Shown: positions 40,121 to 49,423 of the stretch, in pieces
Layout: each line of letters opens with the position of its first letter
Position numbering within the stretch: position 1 is the stretch's first letter
NCBI GenBank assembly: GCA_965198235.1
Contig: OZ240248.1
Coordinates: 4,064,001 to 4,128,000 of the forward strand
Reading direction: 5' to 3'
Length of the DNA stretch: 64,000 bases
Source of the DNA: Candidatus Poribacteria bacterium
GTDB lineage: Bacteria > Poribacteria > WGA-4E > WGA-3G
The notes under the pieces: generated by a model
Seen by the model: the letters and a program-made list of their open reading frames with translations, nothing else
Database searches by the model: none
Told to the model about the DNA's origin: nothing
Translations under genes and position numbers: made by a program

Positions 40121-41086
40121 CGCAACTATATCAGACACCTAACCCTGAAAGTTGACATCCAAATCAAGAAGGAACTTTAATCCCGGTAAGATTGAAGAGG
40201 TTTCCTGTAAATCCCGGTTCAGACAACCGACAACCGATAACTAATAATTGCAGAGCCATTGAGTTTTCGGTTTTCTGTCCGTTTTAGATGGCGTATCGCC
40301 ACCTGGAGGTCGCTCCTACAAGAATGTGTGTTTTTGCGTGGGGTGTTTTTGCGTGGGTATTTCTGCGTATTGATAGGGTGTTTCTGCGGATTTCCCCTCC
40401 TATAGCAGAACGGAGTGCCTCAGATGACAAATCGTCGAGGATGCCCGAAAAGATAAGAACCTCCGGTTCTAAAAACACCGATACGATACGTTAATTATAT
40501 TTTCACATTCGTTTTTTCACGGAGAGACGGCATGTTGCATCTTGGAAACCCACGGCTCGCCTATGTCCGTAAAAACCTCCGTGAAGCCTCCGTGAAAGTG
40601 AGAGTCCTTCGGAACATTTATAGGAAGATATACAATTATCACTCCAGCACCGAGAAAGTTTTATGACGGATAGAGACCCGTGTGAAATTTTCATAGCAAC
40701 TTTCATAGCAACTTTCATAGCACGCTGTGATGAAAACCGTCTAAAACCCAATCGTGGTCAGGGTTTATCCCCTTTCACGCACTTATTGATTTCTCGGATT
40801 TGCTATGAAAACTGTGAAAGTATGGTCAGATTTGCGAATCTGTAGACATTACAGGAAACACAGGATTCCTCCTTTTTCGCTGGCAAAGTTAGAAACCGCG
40901 CCAACCGACGCTGTATAACGGATTGTAGGTGCTGCTGTCAAAAAAAGGCGTGAAATCCGATAATTTCTTAAAACTGAACGCCTCTGGGCAACCAATAACT
41001 AATAATTGACATCCGTCTGTCAGATATGCTATCATTTTCACACTCGCGAGAATTATCGGTTTTCGACAGATAGGAATCACCTGACT

Positions 41087-41236
41087 ATGAGAGAACAACG
41101 CACACTTTTCGATCTGACACAAGACGGCTTGGTCATCGGCAAAAAGCTGCAGCGTATCTATCCTGAATTCGATGTGTCCACCTTCGTTTCGGACGTTCGG
41201 ACGGCGATGTGCTTGGCAGTTTCGACTTCGAAGTGA
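41087..41236 (+). pseudogene. Short truncated ORF (possibly an AlkD-like alkylation-repair N-terminus)
   Basis: Has a promoter (TTGACA-N18-TATCAT) and AGGA RBS but only 49 codons; IGKKLQRIYPEFDVSTFVSDV. The family guess is weak. Confidence 0.35.
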
Positions 41237-41543
41237 CGGCACCAAAAGACCGAAAAGTTAAGAGTCTTCCGCTCCAGCGGAGCGGTATGTGAATAACCCA
41301 GTTAATTGGGTATTATGCCAGAAACTTTACACACCCGTCCGGTTTTATGGAGTTTACGAAATATTTCGGTAATGCTATAATGGATTGTCGTCAATCAAAT
41401 CCGACTACTGAAGACTGACCACTGACGGCTGACGGCTGACCGCTCTTCTGTAGGAGCGAGCTGTGCTCGCGATTCTTACTGACTTGCTGACAGCTGACAG
41501 CCAATTCCCTGACGACTAACACCCAAAAAAGGAACTTTCACAC

Positions 41544-42278
41544 ATGACTGGTGAAGAAAAATTTGCAGTGGATCTTGATGGCTATCTCGTCATAAAGAAT
41601 GTGCTAACCGAAGATGAAGTCGCTGAGATGAACGCCATTATCGACAAAGGCGATCTCCAAGGACCGCCAAGTCTCTGGGGTGAACCCTTCAGGAGACTCA
41701 TCGATCACCCGAAAATCCTACCGTATCTCATCGACCTGCTGGGTCCAACTGTCCGACTCGACCACGATTACGCCCTCTTCATGGAAAAAGGGCAAGGGCG
41801 CGGCGGATTACACGGCGGCGAGGACGGCGGACGCGCCGGTGGAAGCGTCGGCGATCATTGGTACAAATACCGAGACGGATACATGCGAAACGGGTTGTCC
41901 GTGATGACATACAACCTTGTGGACGCGCCAGCGGGTGCGGGCGGGTTCGCCTGTATCCCAGCGAGCCATAAGAGTAACTTTGCACCGGAAATTCCAACGG
42001 ATGTGCGACGTTTTGAGCGTCCGGCACACTATGTCGTCCAACCCCCACTTGAAGCCGGAGACGTGCTGTTTTTCACCGAGGCACTCATCCACGGGACAAT
42101 GCCGTGGACAGCGGAACATCAACGCCGTTCATTGCTCTATAAATACAGCCCCGGACACTCCGCATGGTCGGAACACTATTACGACATCAGTAAATACGAA
42201 GGGTTGACGGAACAACAGAAACGGATGCTCTTACCGCCCTCAGTCGGTAGACGACCCCGCGTCGTAGATGAGAATTGA
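41544..42278 (+). CDS. Phytanoyl-CoA dioxygenase (PhyH) family protein
   Basis: DLDGYLVIKNVL, LHGG, GGFACIPASHK, GDVLFFTEALIHGT, RRSLLYKY. Confidence 0.9.
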   Translation: MTGEEKFAVDLDGYLVIKNVLTEDEVAEMNAIIDKGDLQGPPSLWGEPFRRLIDHPKILPYLIDLLGPTVRLDHDYALFMEKGQGRGGLHGGEDGGRAGGSVGDHWYKYRDGYMRNGLSVMTYNLVDAPAGAGGFACIPASHKSNFAPEIPTDVRRFERPAHYVVQPPLEAGDVLFFTEALIHGTMPWTAEHQRRSLLYKYSPGHSAWSEHYYDISKYEGLTEQQKRMLLPPSVGRRPRVVDEN

Positions 42279-42433
42279 AGAAATCCGGTGCGGTTACATG
42301 AAGAATTAAGAATTTAATCGGGTAATCTCTGAACGTGCGATAAATCGCACTACTACGAACAACCCTGTTTGTAGTAGGGCAATTCATTGCCCGTCAATTC
42401 TACATTATTTTTTTCCAAACCGCACCTACCGTT

Positions 42434-42586
42434 AACCCAAGTTGCTACTAACGAATTTTGGACGTTTTAATGGAGTTTTTCAGACATTTTCCCACCCCGT
42501 AGGGGTGATATGTCTATAGAAAACGGTATATTCAGGTTCACCGCACTCCGTAGGAGTGCTATGTCAAATAGGTGGCAACTTGGGTT
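42434..42586. mobile_element. MITE-like element (153 bp) carrying GTAG-REP motifs
   Basis: Perfect 12-bp IR AACCCAAGTTGC/GCAACTTGGGTT flanked by 6-bp direct repeats ACCGTT. Confidence 0.75.
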
Positions 42587-42661
42587 ACCGTTACTATAAA
42601 TACTGCTGACGGCTGATTACTGACTGCTGATGGCTGATCGCTGACGAAGGAGTTTCTACAA

Positions 42662-43417
42662 ATGACCGGTGAAGAAAAATTCACAGTAGACCTTGAAGGT
42701 TACCTCGTCATAAAGAACGTCTTGACCGAGGATGAAGTCGCTGAGATGAATGAGATTATCAATAGAGAATCCAGCGATAGATTGAGAGGACATCGCGATA
42801 GAGTGTCAAGTCTTTGGGGTGAACCCTTTAAGAGCTTAATTGACCATCCGAAAATTCTCCCTTATCTACTCGAGTTATTAGGTCCGCACGTCCGTTTAGA
42901 CCACGATTATGCCCTCTTTATGGATGAAGGGCAACAAGGTGGTAGATTGCACGGCGGTGAAGACGGTGGTGGTCCCGGCGGTCCTGAGGCGGATCACTGG
43001 TACAAATACCGCGATGGTATCGTGCGAAACGGATTGTCTGTGATGACCTATAATCTGGCGGATGCACCAGAAGGTGCAGGTGGATTTGCCTGCATTCCCA
43101 GCAGCCACAAGAGCAATTTCTTGCAGGAATTGCCGTCAGATGTGCGGCATTTCGAGCGTCCCGCACACTACGTTGTGCAACCTCCTGTCGAAGCGGGAGA
43201 CGTGTTGTTCTTCACTGAAGCCCTTGTTCATGGGACGATGACTTGGAGGGCAAAACATCAACGACGCGCACTGCTCTATAAATACAGTCCCGGACACTCG
43301 GCATGGTCGGGAGAGTATCACGATCTCAGCGAATACGGCGAACTCACCGAACAACAGCAACGGATGCTCTTGCCACCATCAGTCGGCAGCCGTCCCTACG
43401 TCGTAGATGAAAGCTAA
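42662..43417 (+). CDS. Phytanoyl-CoA dioxygenase (PhyH) family protein, tandem paralog
   Basis: Highly similar to 41544-42278 along its whole length. Confidence 0.9.
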   Translation: MTGEEKFTVDLEGYLVIKNVLTEDEVAEMNEIINRESSDRLRGHRDRVSSLWGEPFKSLIDHPKILPYLLELLGPHVRLDHDYALFMDEGQQGGRLHGGEDGGGPGGPEADHWYKYRDGIVRNGLSVMTYNLADAPEGAGGFACIPSSHKSNFLQELPSDVRHFERPAHYVVQPPVEAGDVLFFTEALVHGTMTWRAKHQRRALLYKYSPGHSAWSGEYHDLSEYGELTEQQQRMLLPPSVGSRPYVVDES

Positions 43418-43422
43418 AACCA

Positions 43423-45297
43423 ATGCCAAACGTTCAACTTACTGGAAACCAGAGCGACTTCCTCAAAATCGTCGTCGCAGCAGCAGGACGCGGTGACCTC
43501 GAAACCGTCCGACAATTGGTCGATGACAATCCAGCGTGGATTCACACCGTCGGTTCACACGGTCGGACGATGCTGTGGGAAGCGGCATATCGGGGCAAGC
43601 TGGAGGTCGTTCAATTCCTCCTTGAACGCGGTGCCGATATAAACGTGCCGGGTTGCTACCATATCGAGCATCGCCTTGAAATAACACCCTACTGCGCCGC
43701 ACGGCATAAGGGACGCGACCGCGTCGCGGATTACCTACGCCAGCACGGCGCGACAATCGACATTCATACCGCCGCCTACCTCGGAGATTACAATACTGTC
43801 CGCTCGCATCTCGACAACGACGCAAATCTCATCAACAGCGGATACCTTCAGGCAGTGATGCTACCCGCAGGGAAACCCCATACCTTTGAACACCGAAAAA
43901 CGGCATGGGCAACGCCACTCTGCTACGCCGTCATGGGCGGAAACCGGGCGATTGTCGAATTGCTCATCTCACGAGGGGCGACAATCACGCCACACAGTGA
44001 ACGATTGCTGGATTACGCCGTCTCGGAAAATCGGGTAGAAATCGCCAAGTTGTTGCTCGAAAACGGTGCAGATCCGAGTAAAGCCCCGCGCATCTTGGAC
44101 GACACCTCTGAAATGAGCGTGTTACTCAAGGCACACGGTGTCCCACCTAAGGACATAAACGCTCAGAACCACATGGGATGGCCCCCACTTGTCTATGCCT
44201 GTCGTGGCGACAACGGTGAACATCCAGACGACATTCAGCGACTGTTAGAACTCGGTGCCGATATCGACGTTCGGAATTACAAAGGGAAAACGGGGTTGCA
44301 TTGCGCGGCGAAGGCAGGTTTTCTCAAAGTCATCAATCTGCTCATCGAAAACGGTGCGACCCTCGATGCCACCGACAACGATGGCGAAACTCCACTGTTT
44401 GAGGCAATCCGATCAACGATTAAGAGCGGTGAAAAACAACGAGCATCAATAGAAGCGTTGCTTGTCAAAGGTGCCGATCCAAACGCTAAGAATCGGAAAG
44501 GGCTAACCCCGCTACAAGTCGCGAAGCGGATGCGACGGACAGACGCAAGCAAAATTGTCGAATTGCTGAAAACACCTTACACACGCGAAAAACTCACCCA
44601 AGACTTTACCAATCTCGGCATTCAAAAAGCAGACACACTTTTTATCCATTCATCTTTTAAGAGTCTCGGATCCGTTGAGGGTGGGGCTGGCACAGTCATC
44701 TCTGCGTTAGAAGCGGCAGTCGGACAGGGAGGACTGATTCTGATGCCGACCTTCAGCCTTCTACCGAGTCGCGAAGAACGCGTCGCCGCGTGGAATATCG
44801 ACAAGACGCCGTCCACGGTGGGATGGCTGACGGAGTTTTTTCGGCAGATGCCCGACACCCATCGCTCCGACCACTATTCACACGCCGTTGCCGCTCGCGG
44901 GAAAGAGGCGAAGGCTTTTGTGTCTGACCACCTCCAACGCGAAGGCTACCAATCACCGTGGGATCATCACCCGTGGGGAAAGACTTACGGCACACATTCA
45001 CCGATGTTCCGTGCCTACAAGGCGAACGCCAAACTCCTCATGATCGGTGTCGATTATCAGACCTCGACCTATATCCATCTCGTTGAGGTTATCCATTGGA
45101 ACAAACGCCTCATCGGTGACTTGCAGGCAGAGTACATTGGGTTGAAGCGTCCAGAACTTGGTGAATTTTGGGAGAGGCTTGGTCAGTTGAGACAAGAGAA
45201 GGTGGGAGATTCCATCTGCCGGTTGTTCCACATTAAGCCGTATGTGGACACACTTCTGGCGGAGGTCGAGCGCAATCCTAAACCGTATGTCGCCTAA
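43423..45297 (+). CDS. Ankyrin-repeat protein fused to an AAC(3)/Antibiotic_NAT acetyltransferase domain
   Basis: Multiple ankyrin repeats (GRTMLWEAA, GKTGLHCAA, GETPLFEA), then LFIHSSFKSLG...GLILMPTF...GWLTEFFR...RSDH..H...LLMIGV....TYIHLVE. Confidence 0.85.
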   Translation: MPNVQLTGNQSDFLKIVVAAAGRGDLETVRQLVDDNPAWIHTVGSHGRTMLWEAAYRGKLEVVQFLLERGADINVPGCYHIEHRLEITPYCAARHKGRDRVADYLRQHGATIDIHTAAYLGDYNTVRSHLDNDANLINSGYLQAVMLPAGKPHTFEHRKTAWATPLCYAVMGGNRAIVELLISRGATITPHSERLLDYAVSENRVEIAKLLLENGADPSKAPRILDDTSEMSVLLKAHGVPPKDINAQNHMGWPPLVYACRGDNGEHPDDIQRLLELGADIDVRNYKGKTGLHCAAKAGFLKVINLLIENGATLDATDNDGETPLFEAIRSTIKSGEKQRASIEALLVKGADPNAKNRKGLTPLQVAKRMRRTDASKIVELLKTPYTREKLTQDFTNLGIQKADTLFIHSSFKSLGSVEGGAGTVISALEAAVGQGGLILMPTFSLLPSREERVAAWNIDKTPSTVGWLTEFFRQMPDTHRSDHYSHAVAARGKEAKAFVSDHLQREGYQSPWDHHPWGKTYGTHSPMFRAYKANAKLLMIGVDYQTSTYIHLVEVIHWNKRLIGDLQAEYIGLKRPELGEFWERLGQLRQEKVGDSICRLFHIKPYVDTLLAEVERNPKPYVA

Positions 45298-45339
45298 AGG
45301 TTTACAATACCCACTTTTTAACACTCCAAGGAGAGCCGG

Positions 45340-46941
45340 ATGAAAGGAATTTATCGTGGACTGATTTTGGTTTGCTGCACCCTGCTCCTCTGTAGCGAAA
45401 TAAGGGAGTCCGCCCTGGCAGACGATTCCAATCAGCAGGTGGGTGTAACGGATAAATCGGATGGAAACAGGCAAAATGCGCTCATGCCCAGTTGGGTGCC
45501 ACAACCGAGCGACATAGGACGCGTCGAAGAACAGCGACTTTTGACTGCCGTTACAGCCGCACAGAAAGCATTGATTGAAACTCCTAAAGATGCAACGGCG
45601 TGGGGACGGTTAGGCAATATCTATTTTGTTCACGGATGGGAGGCAGAAGCCTCCCAGTGTTACCGAAGTGCCGTTGAGATTGCGCCCAACGCATTCCACT
45701 GGTTATACTACCTCGGATTGACCACCTATAAAGTCAATCCACAAGCCGCTGCCCAAACGCTTGCCCAAGCAATCAAACTTGACCCTCAATACGCGCCCGC
45801 CCATATTTACCGCGCCGCCGCGCTCCGAAGCCTCGGACACCTGAAGCAAGCGAAAGTGCACCTTGAAACCGCTAACAAATTGGATCCTCGGAACCCATAC
45901 GCGTCCTTATGGCTCGGTGAACTCGCACTCGCCGCCCAGCAGTTTGAAGCCGCGCAAAGCCACTTACAACGTGCCTTAAAACTGAATCCAGAACAGAGCG
46001 AAGCACACGCCGCAATGGCACAAGTTGCGAGGGTACTCAGAGACATGGACACCGCCACCCAGCATGCACAAGCATCGCGAAAACGAACAAAATACATACA
46101 GATGCGCGATCCGCTGTGGTGGGATGTGCTAAAGCTCGGCGTAACAGCACAACGGTACGCTGAGCGTGGAAACCGATACCTACAACAAGGGGATTTCAAA
46201 CGTGCCGTCAGTGAGTTAGAGACCGCAATATCAGGGCTCGATAAGGACCCGCACCTCTGGCTAAATTATGGAATCGCACTGCTGCTTAACAAGCAATACA
46301 GGGACGCCATCGCTGTTTTAGAGAACACACTGGCTGTTATCCGCGACACCGAGAACACAACCCGGAATTCAACGGAAATCGTCGATTTAAAAGTTCAAAG
46401 CCACTACAATTTAGGACTCGCTTACTATCACGGCGGTAAAACCGGAAAAGCGACTGCCGCTTATCAAGAAGCGATTGAACTTGAACCGAATTTCGCTGAT
46501 GCTTATGGTGGGCTTGGGGTCATATACTGGCGAACTGGAGACCTTGATGCAGCGATTCGCCACTGCCAAAAAGCGATTAAGATTGCCCCTGAAAATATTG
46601 AGTTTCATCAAAACTTGACACGGATTTATTGGCAGAAGGGGATGTACGATAGAGCCGCAGTCGGATATCGGATTCTCCTTGAACTGAATCCTTCAGACGA
46701 AATCGCGCTGCACCATCTCGGCATAATTTTGCTGTCGAAACAAGAGTACGATGAAGCCATTTCTTGCTTTCAAAAAGTGCTTCAACGCAACCCGGACAGT
46801 GCGCTAACGCATGGGGCTTTGGGAGCCGCTTACTACAGGTTGGAAGAGGAAGGTCCCGCTATCCATGAATTTCAAGAGGTGCTACGTTTGGATCCGCAGA
46901 ACCAAAATGCGCGCAAAATGCTCAAACGCCTCGGACGTTAA
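45340..46941 (+). CDS. Secreted TPR-repeat protein
   Basis: Signal peptide followed by many TPR motifs (AWGRLGNIY, HYNLGLAY, AYGGLGVIY). Confidence 0.9.
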   Translation: MKGIYRGLILVCCTLLLCSEIRESALADDSNQQVGVTDKSDGNRQNALMPSWVPQPSDIGRVEEQRLLTAVTAAQKALIETPKDATAWGRLGNIYFVHGWEAEASQCYRSAVEIAPNAFHWLYYLGLTTYKVNPQAAAQTLAQAIKLDPQYAPAHIYRAAALRSLGHLKQAKVHLETANKLDPRNPYASLWLGELALAAQQFEAAQSHLQRALKLNPEQSEAHAAMAQVARVLRDMDTATQHAQASRKRTKYIQMRDPLWWDVLKLGVTAQRYAERGNRYLQQGDFKRAVSELETAISGLDKDPHLWLNYGIALLLNKQYRDAIAVLENTLAVIRDTENTTRNSTEIVDLKVQSHYNLGLAYYHGGKTGKATAAYQEAIELEPNFADAYGGLGVIYWRTGDLDAAIRHCQKAIKIAPENIEFHQNLTRIYWQKGMYDRAAVGYRILLELNPSDEIALHHLGIILLSKQEYDEAISCFQKVLQRNPDSALTHGALGAAYYRLEEEGPAIHEFQEVLRLDPQNQNARKMLKRLGR

Positions 46942-46948
46942 TTAAAAA

Positions 46949-46981
46949 AAGGTGGGCATCACACTCGCGATGCCCACCTTT
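46949..46981. terminator. Bidirectional Rho-independent terminator
   Basis: AAGGTGGGCATC...GATGCCCACCTT hairpin with a flanking A-run, between convergent genes. Confidence 0.75.
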
Positions 46982-46998
46982 GGTTGCGGAGACGGTGG

Positions 46999-47829
46999 CT
47001 ATTGCCAATTGGGTCCTCTCGGAGTAAACGATTTAGGCACTCTAAGATACCCGCCTTTTATCGCACCCCATCTCGTGGGTAACTTGCCTTCTGGCTCGAC
47101 AGCATAAACCCGATCCATTGCCTTCTGGATTTCGTCTTCATCAAGCGCAACGCTCCAGATTGCAACCTCATCGACGCGTCCAATGTAATGTTCCCGATTC
47201 CCTTCGCTGTTGCGTCCAATCGACACGGGAACATCGTTTTTATCCATCTTACCCTTGGCATCCCCCTCCACTTCTACTTCACCATTATAGTAAAGTTTCA
47301 TCTGGCTTCCATCGTAGGTGGCGGTTACATGCGTCCACTTCTTCGGGGGCAAGTTTGAAGTCGTAGCATCGCCGATCCGCTTTTCTGTCCCCTTATTCAC
47401 AGAGATAATAAAACCCGTCTTTCCATTATTACCGCCAAACTCATAGAATCCATAGACCATCCACGGAGCGGTATCGCCTGCCCACGTCTTCACAATAATA
47501 CGGAACCACTCATTTGTGAACTCGGTCGGATACACCCAACACATCAAGGTGATTTCATCCGTAATATCCAAAGAATCGGAATCTGGCACTTCAATCCAAC
47601 CGCCGGCTTCGCCGCTCAGTTCGACTGCCTGACCAATTTTGCCCTTTACGCGCTTTCCTTTGTGAATTGTCCCATCATTTTTATGTTTGGACTTATCTTT
47701 GGCTGTATCACCTTTCGCTTCGTCGAAGGAGAGATAGAGTGCCAAATCGCCTTCCCGAACAGCCTCGCTCATCGCGCTGAACGCAACAATGCAACCCAGT
47801 GATAAAAGAAATATGGCTAAAACCTTCAT
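46999..47829 (-). CDS. Secreted LamG-like jellyroll domain protein
   Basis: LALYLSFDE, WTHVTATYDG, GRVDEVAIW; AVEPEGKLPTRWGAIKG. Confidence 0.9.
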   Translation of the reverse strand: MKVLAIFLLSLGCIVAFSAMSEAVREGDLALYLSFDEAKGDTAKDKSKHKNDGTIHKGKRVKGKIGQAVELSGEAGGWIEVPDSDSLDITDEITLMCWVYPTEFTNEWFRIIVKTWAGDTAPWMVYGFYEFGGNNGKTGFIISVNKGTEKRIGDATTSNLPPKKWTHVTATYDGSQMKLYYNGEVEVEGDAKGKMDKNDVPVSIGRNSEGNREHYIGRVDEVAIWSVALDEDEIQKAMDRVYAVEPEGKLPTRWGAIKGGYLRVPKSFTPRGPNWQ

Positions 47830-47974
47830 AAAGTTTACCTCCTGTTATAGTGTAACTTGCTATGAAAATTTAGACGGATTCTGCATAATGCAGCATCCTT
47901 CAGGTAACGCACCCATTTTAGCACAGTATAGTAAAATCCGATAATCAATTCACTTTCTATATTTAGACAAATTT

Positions 47975-48304
47975 TATAGTAAAATCCGATAATCAATTCA
48001 CTTCTACGTCCTAACCCATCCGAGAAAGATTTTCCTTCTACTAAAACCGCTGCGGCGAAGAAACACCAATAGGTTACAAACCAACCTGTAAAAAAAGGTA
48101 CGATCACTAAAATAAACAGTGGATCGTCGAAAAAAACATTGAACTCACGATGAGCAGCGCAAGGCAGTAACCGGCGGATATTCCAAGAAACAACAGAAAA
48201 TGCTGACGATAGAGGCTGAACGTCGTATCAAGAAGTTCCCCAAACCCCATCGCATGTAGTTTCGGGAATTTATTCTTACTGTTGCTCCGCAGGTCACGTC
48301 CCAT
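47975..48304 (-). pseudogene. Internally deleted paralog of the 55464-56342 membrane protein
   Basis: LHAMGFGELLDTTFSLYRQHFLLF matches LQPMDFTDILDGMFSFYRNHFRLF; the next frame gives VLVEGKS...LGRRSELI matching VLLEGTT...LRRSTELV. Confidence 0.7.
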
Positions 48305-48308
48305 AACG

Positions 48309-49130
48309 TTATTCACCTGCGACGGATCCATCCGTTCTGACATCTGTATTTTCCCGATTACCGTCAGCCGTTTTTGAGGTCTTAAGCACGTAGACCTCCT
48401 CCAAAAATCTATCGTAGCCAATAGAACCAGTACCCCCCATCTTTTCAACGATAGGACTGGCTATGACGCGTGCGAGTTCCGATCGGCGGTGCCCGGGAAG
48501 CATTGCCCGACGCGCAAGATATTCACGTATTACCCCCATCTCCGTCTCTGTGACCAACGCAGGTTGTATCCAAGCAGTATAGACAAATTCTCGTGGTGGA
48601 ATGTTGATAGATGGGTTATCCGCTTGTGAACCCCTGCCGGTAAGTTTCAACGCCGTGCGCGCTGTTTTAATAACAAGCGTCCCCGCCGCAAGGTCGCCTA
48701 ATCGCAGCGAATTTCTGTTTATCAGCATACAAAGCAAACCCGCCCCATAAAAGAAAGGGAGAAAATCGACGATCCGCACCAGATTCCGGATCGCAGAATC
48801 AGCGAAACCGATCGGATAGCCACCCTCCTTGATAACACGTAAACCGAGTACACGTTTTCCAAGGGTTTGACCATTTGTGGTAACCTCGAATACTATATAG
48901 TAACCCCAGAACAGCGCGAAGACAACGATCCCTCCCAACGCCCCAAGCCAATTGCCGACAACATCTCCAAGCTCGGAGATAAACCGCCTGTTGACGTAAT
49001 ATCCAACAAGTGAAATCAGTGTGAGTAACACCGTATCAATGAGTGCCGCATAGAAACGAGAGCCGATGCCCGCCTGCTGAAAGTTTATATTAATCTGTTC
49101 AGGTGTTTCCACGGATACTTGTTCGTTCAT
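48309..49130 (-). CDS. RDD family protein
   Basis: ETPEQI...AGIGSRFYAALID, GQTLGKRVLGLRVI, RNLVRIVD, RLGDLAAGTLV. Confidence 0.92.
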   Translation of the reverse strand: MNEQVSVETPEQININFQQAGIGSRFYAALIDTVLLTLISLVGYYVNRRFISELGDVVGNWLGALGGIVVFALFWGYYIVFEVTTNGQTLGKRVLGLRVIKEGGYPIGFADSAIRNLVRIVDFLPFFYGAGLLCMLINRNSLRLGDLAAGTLVIKTARTALKLTGRGSQADNPSINIPPREFVYTAWIQPALVTETEMGVIREYLARRAMLPGHRRSELARVIASPIVEKMGGTGSIGYDRFLEEVYVLKTSKTADGNRENTDVRTDGSVAGE

Positions 49131-49423
49131 TTGTAGAAGTGAGTGACCTTTCTCTGTAAAATAGGTTGATTTTCAATTTTTCTAACTATGTGCCTCTGCT
49201 CATCGTTCCAAATATAAAGCAAAGACAAATTTTGCCGCGTGTGGGCAAAATTTCGTTCCACGATGGTGTCTGGTGAATTCCAACGCGACTGAGGAGATGG
49301 ACGGTTTTTAAGAGGACAGGCACAAGACAAATTTCCCCTACAACATAAAATAGGTTGATTTTCGATACGAATCGGTGTTTAATTAGTTGTCAGTTACCGG
49401 TTAAAAGGACAATCATTAAAAAT

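Noticed and set aside
36179-40155. Short similar ORFs 36179-36400 and 39889-40155 as a protein family
   Set aside because: They start inside the promoter boxes, lack an RBS, and their similarity is explained by the DNA repeat.
40503-40751. ORF with AMKV tetrapeptide repeats
   Set aside because: Product of the 12-bp tandem DNA repeat; no RBS or family motif seen.
25960-41300. Prophage or ICE
   Set aside because: No integrase, tRNA, structural or conjugation genes; treated as a defence hotspot.
44570-45297. Bona fide aminoglycoside resistance gene
   Set aside because: Antibiotic_NAT homologs have diverse substrates; the fusion and chromosomal context give no support for resistance.
47927-48002. 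Mini CRISPR array
   Set aside because: Only two repeats, a 20-bp spacer, no dyad and no cas genes.
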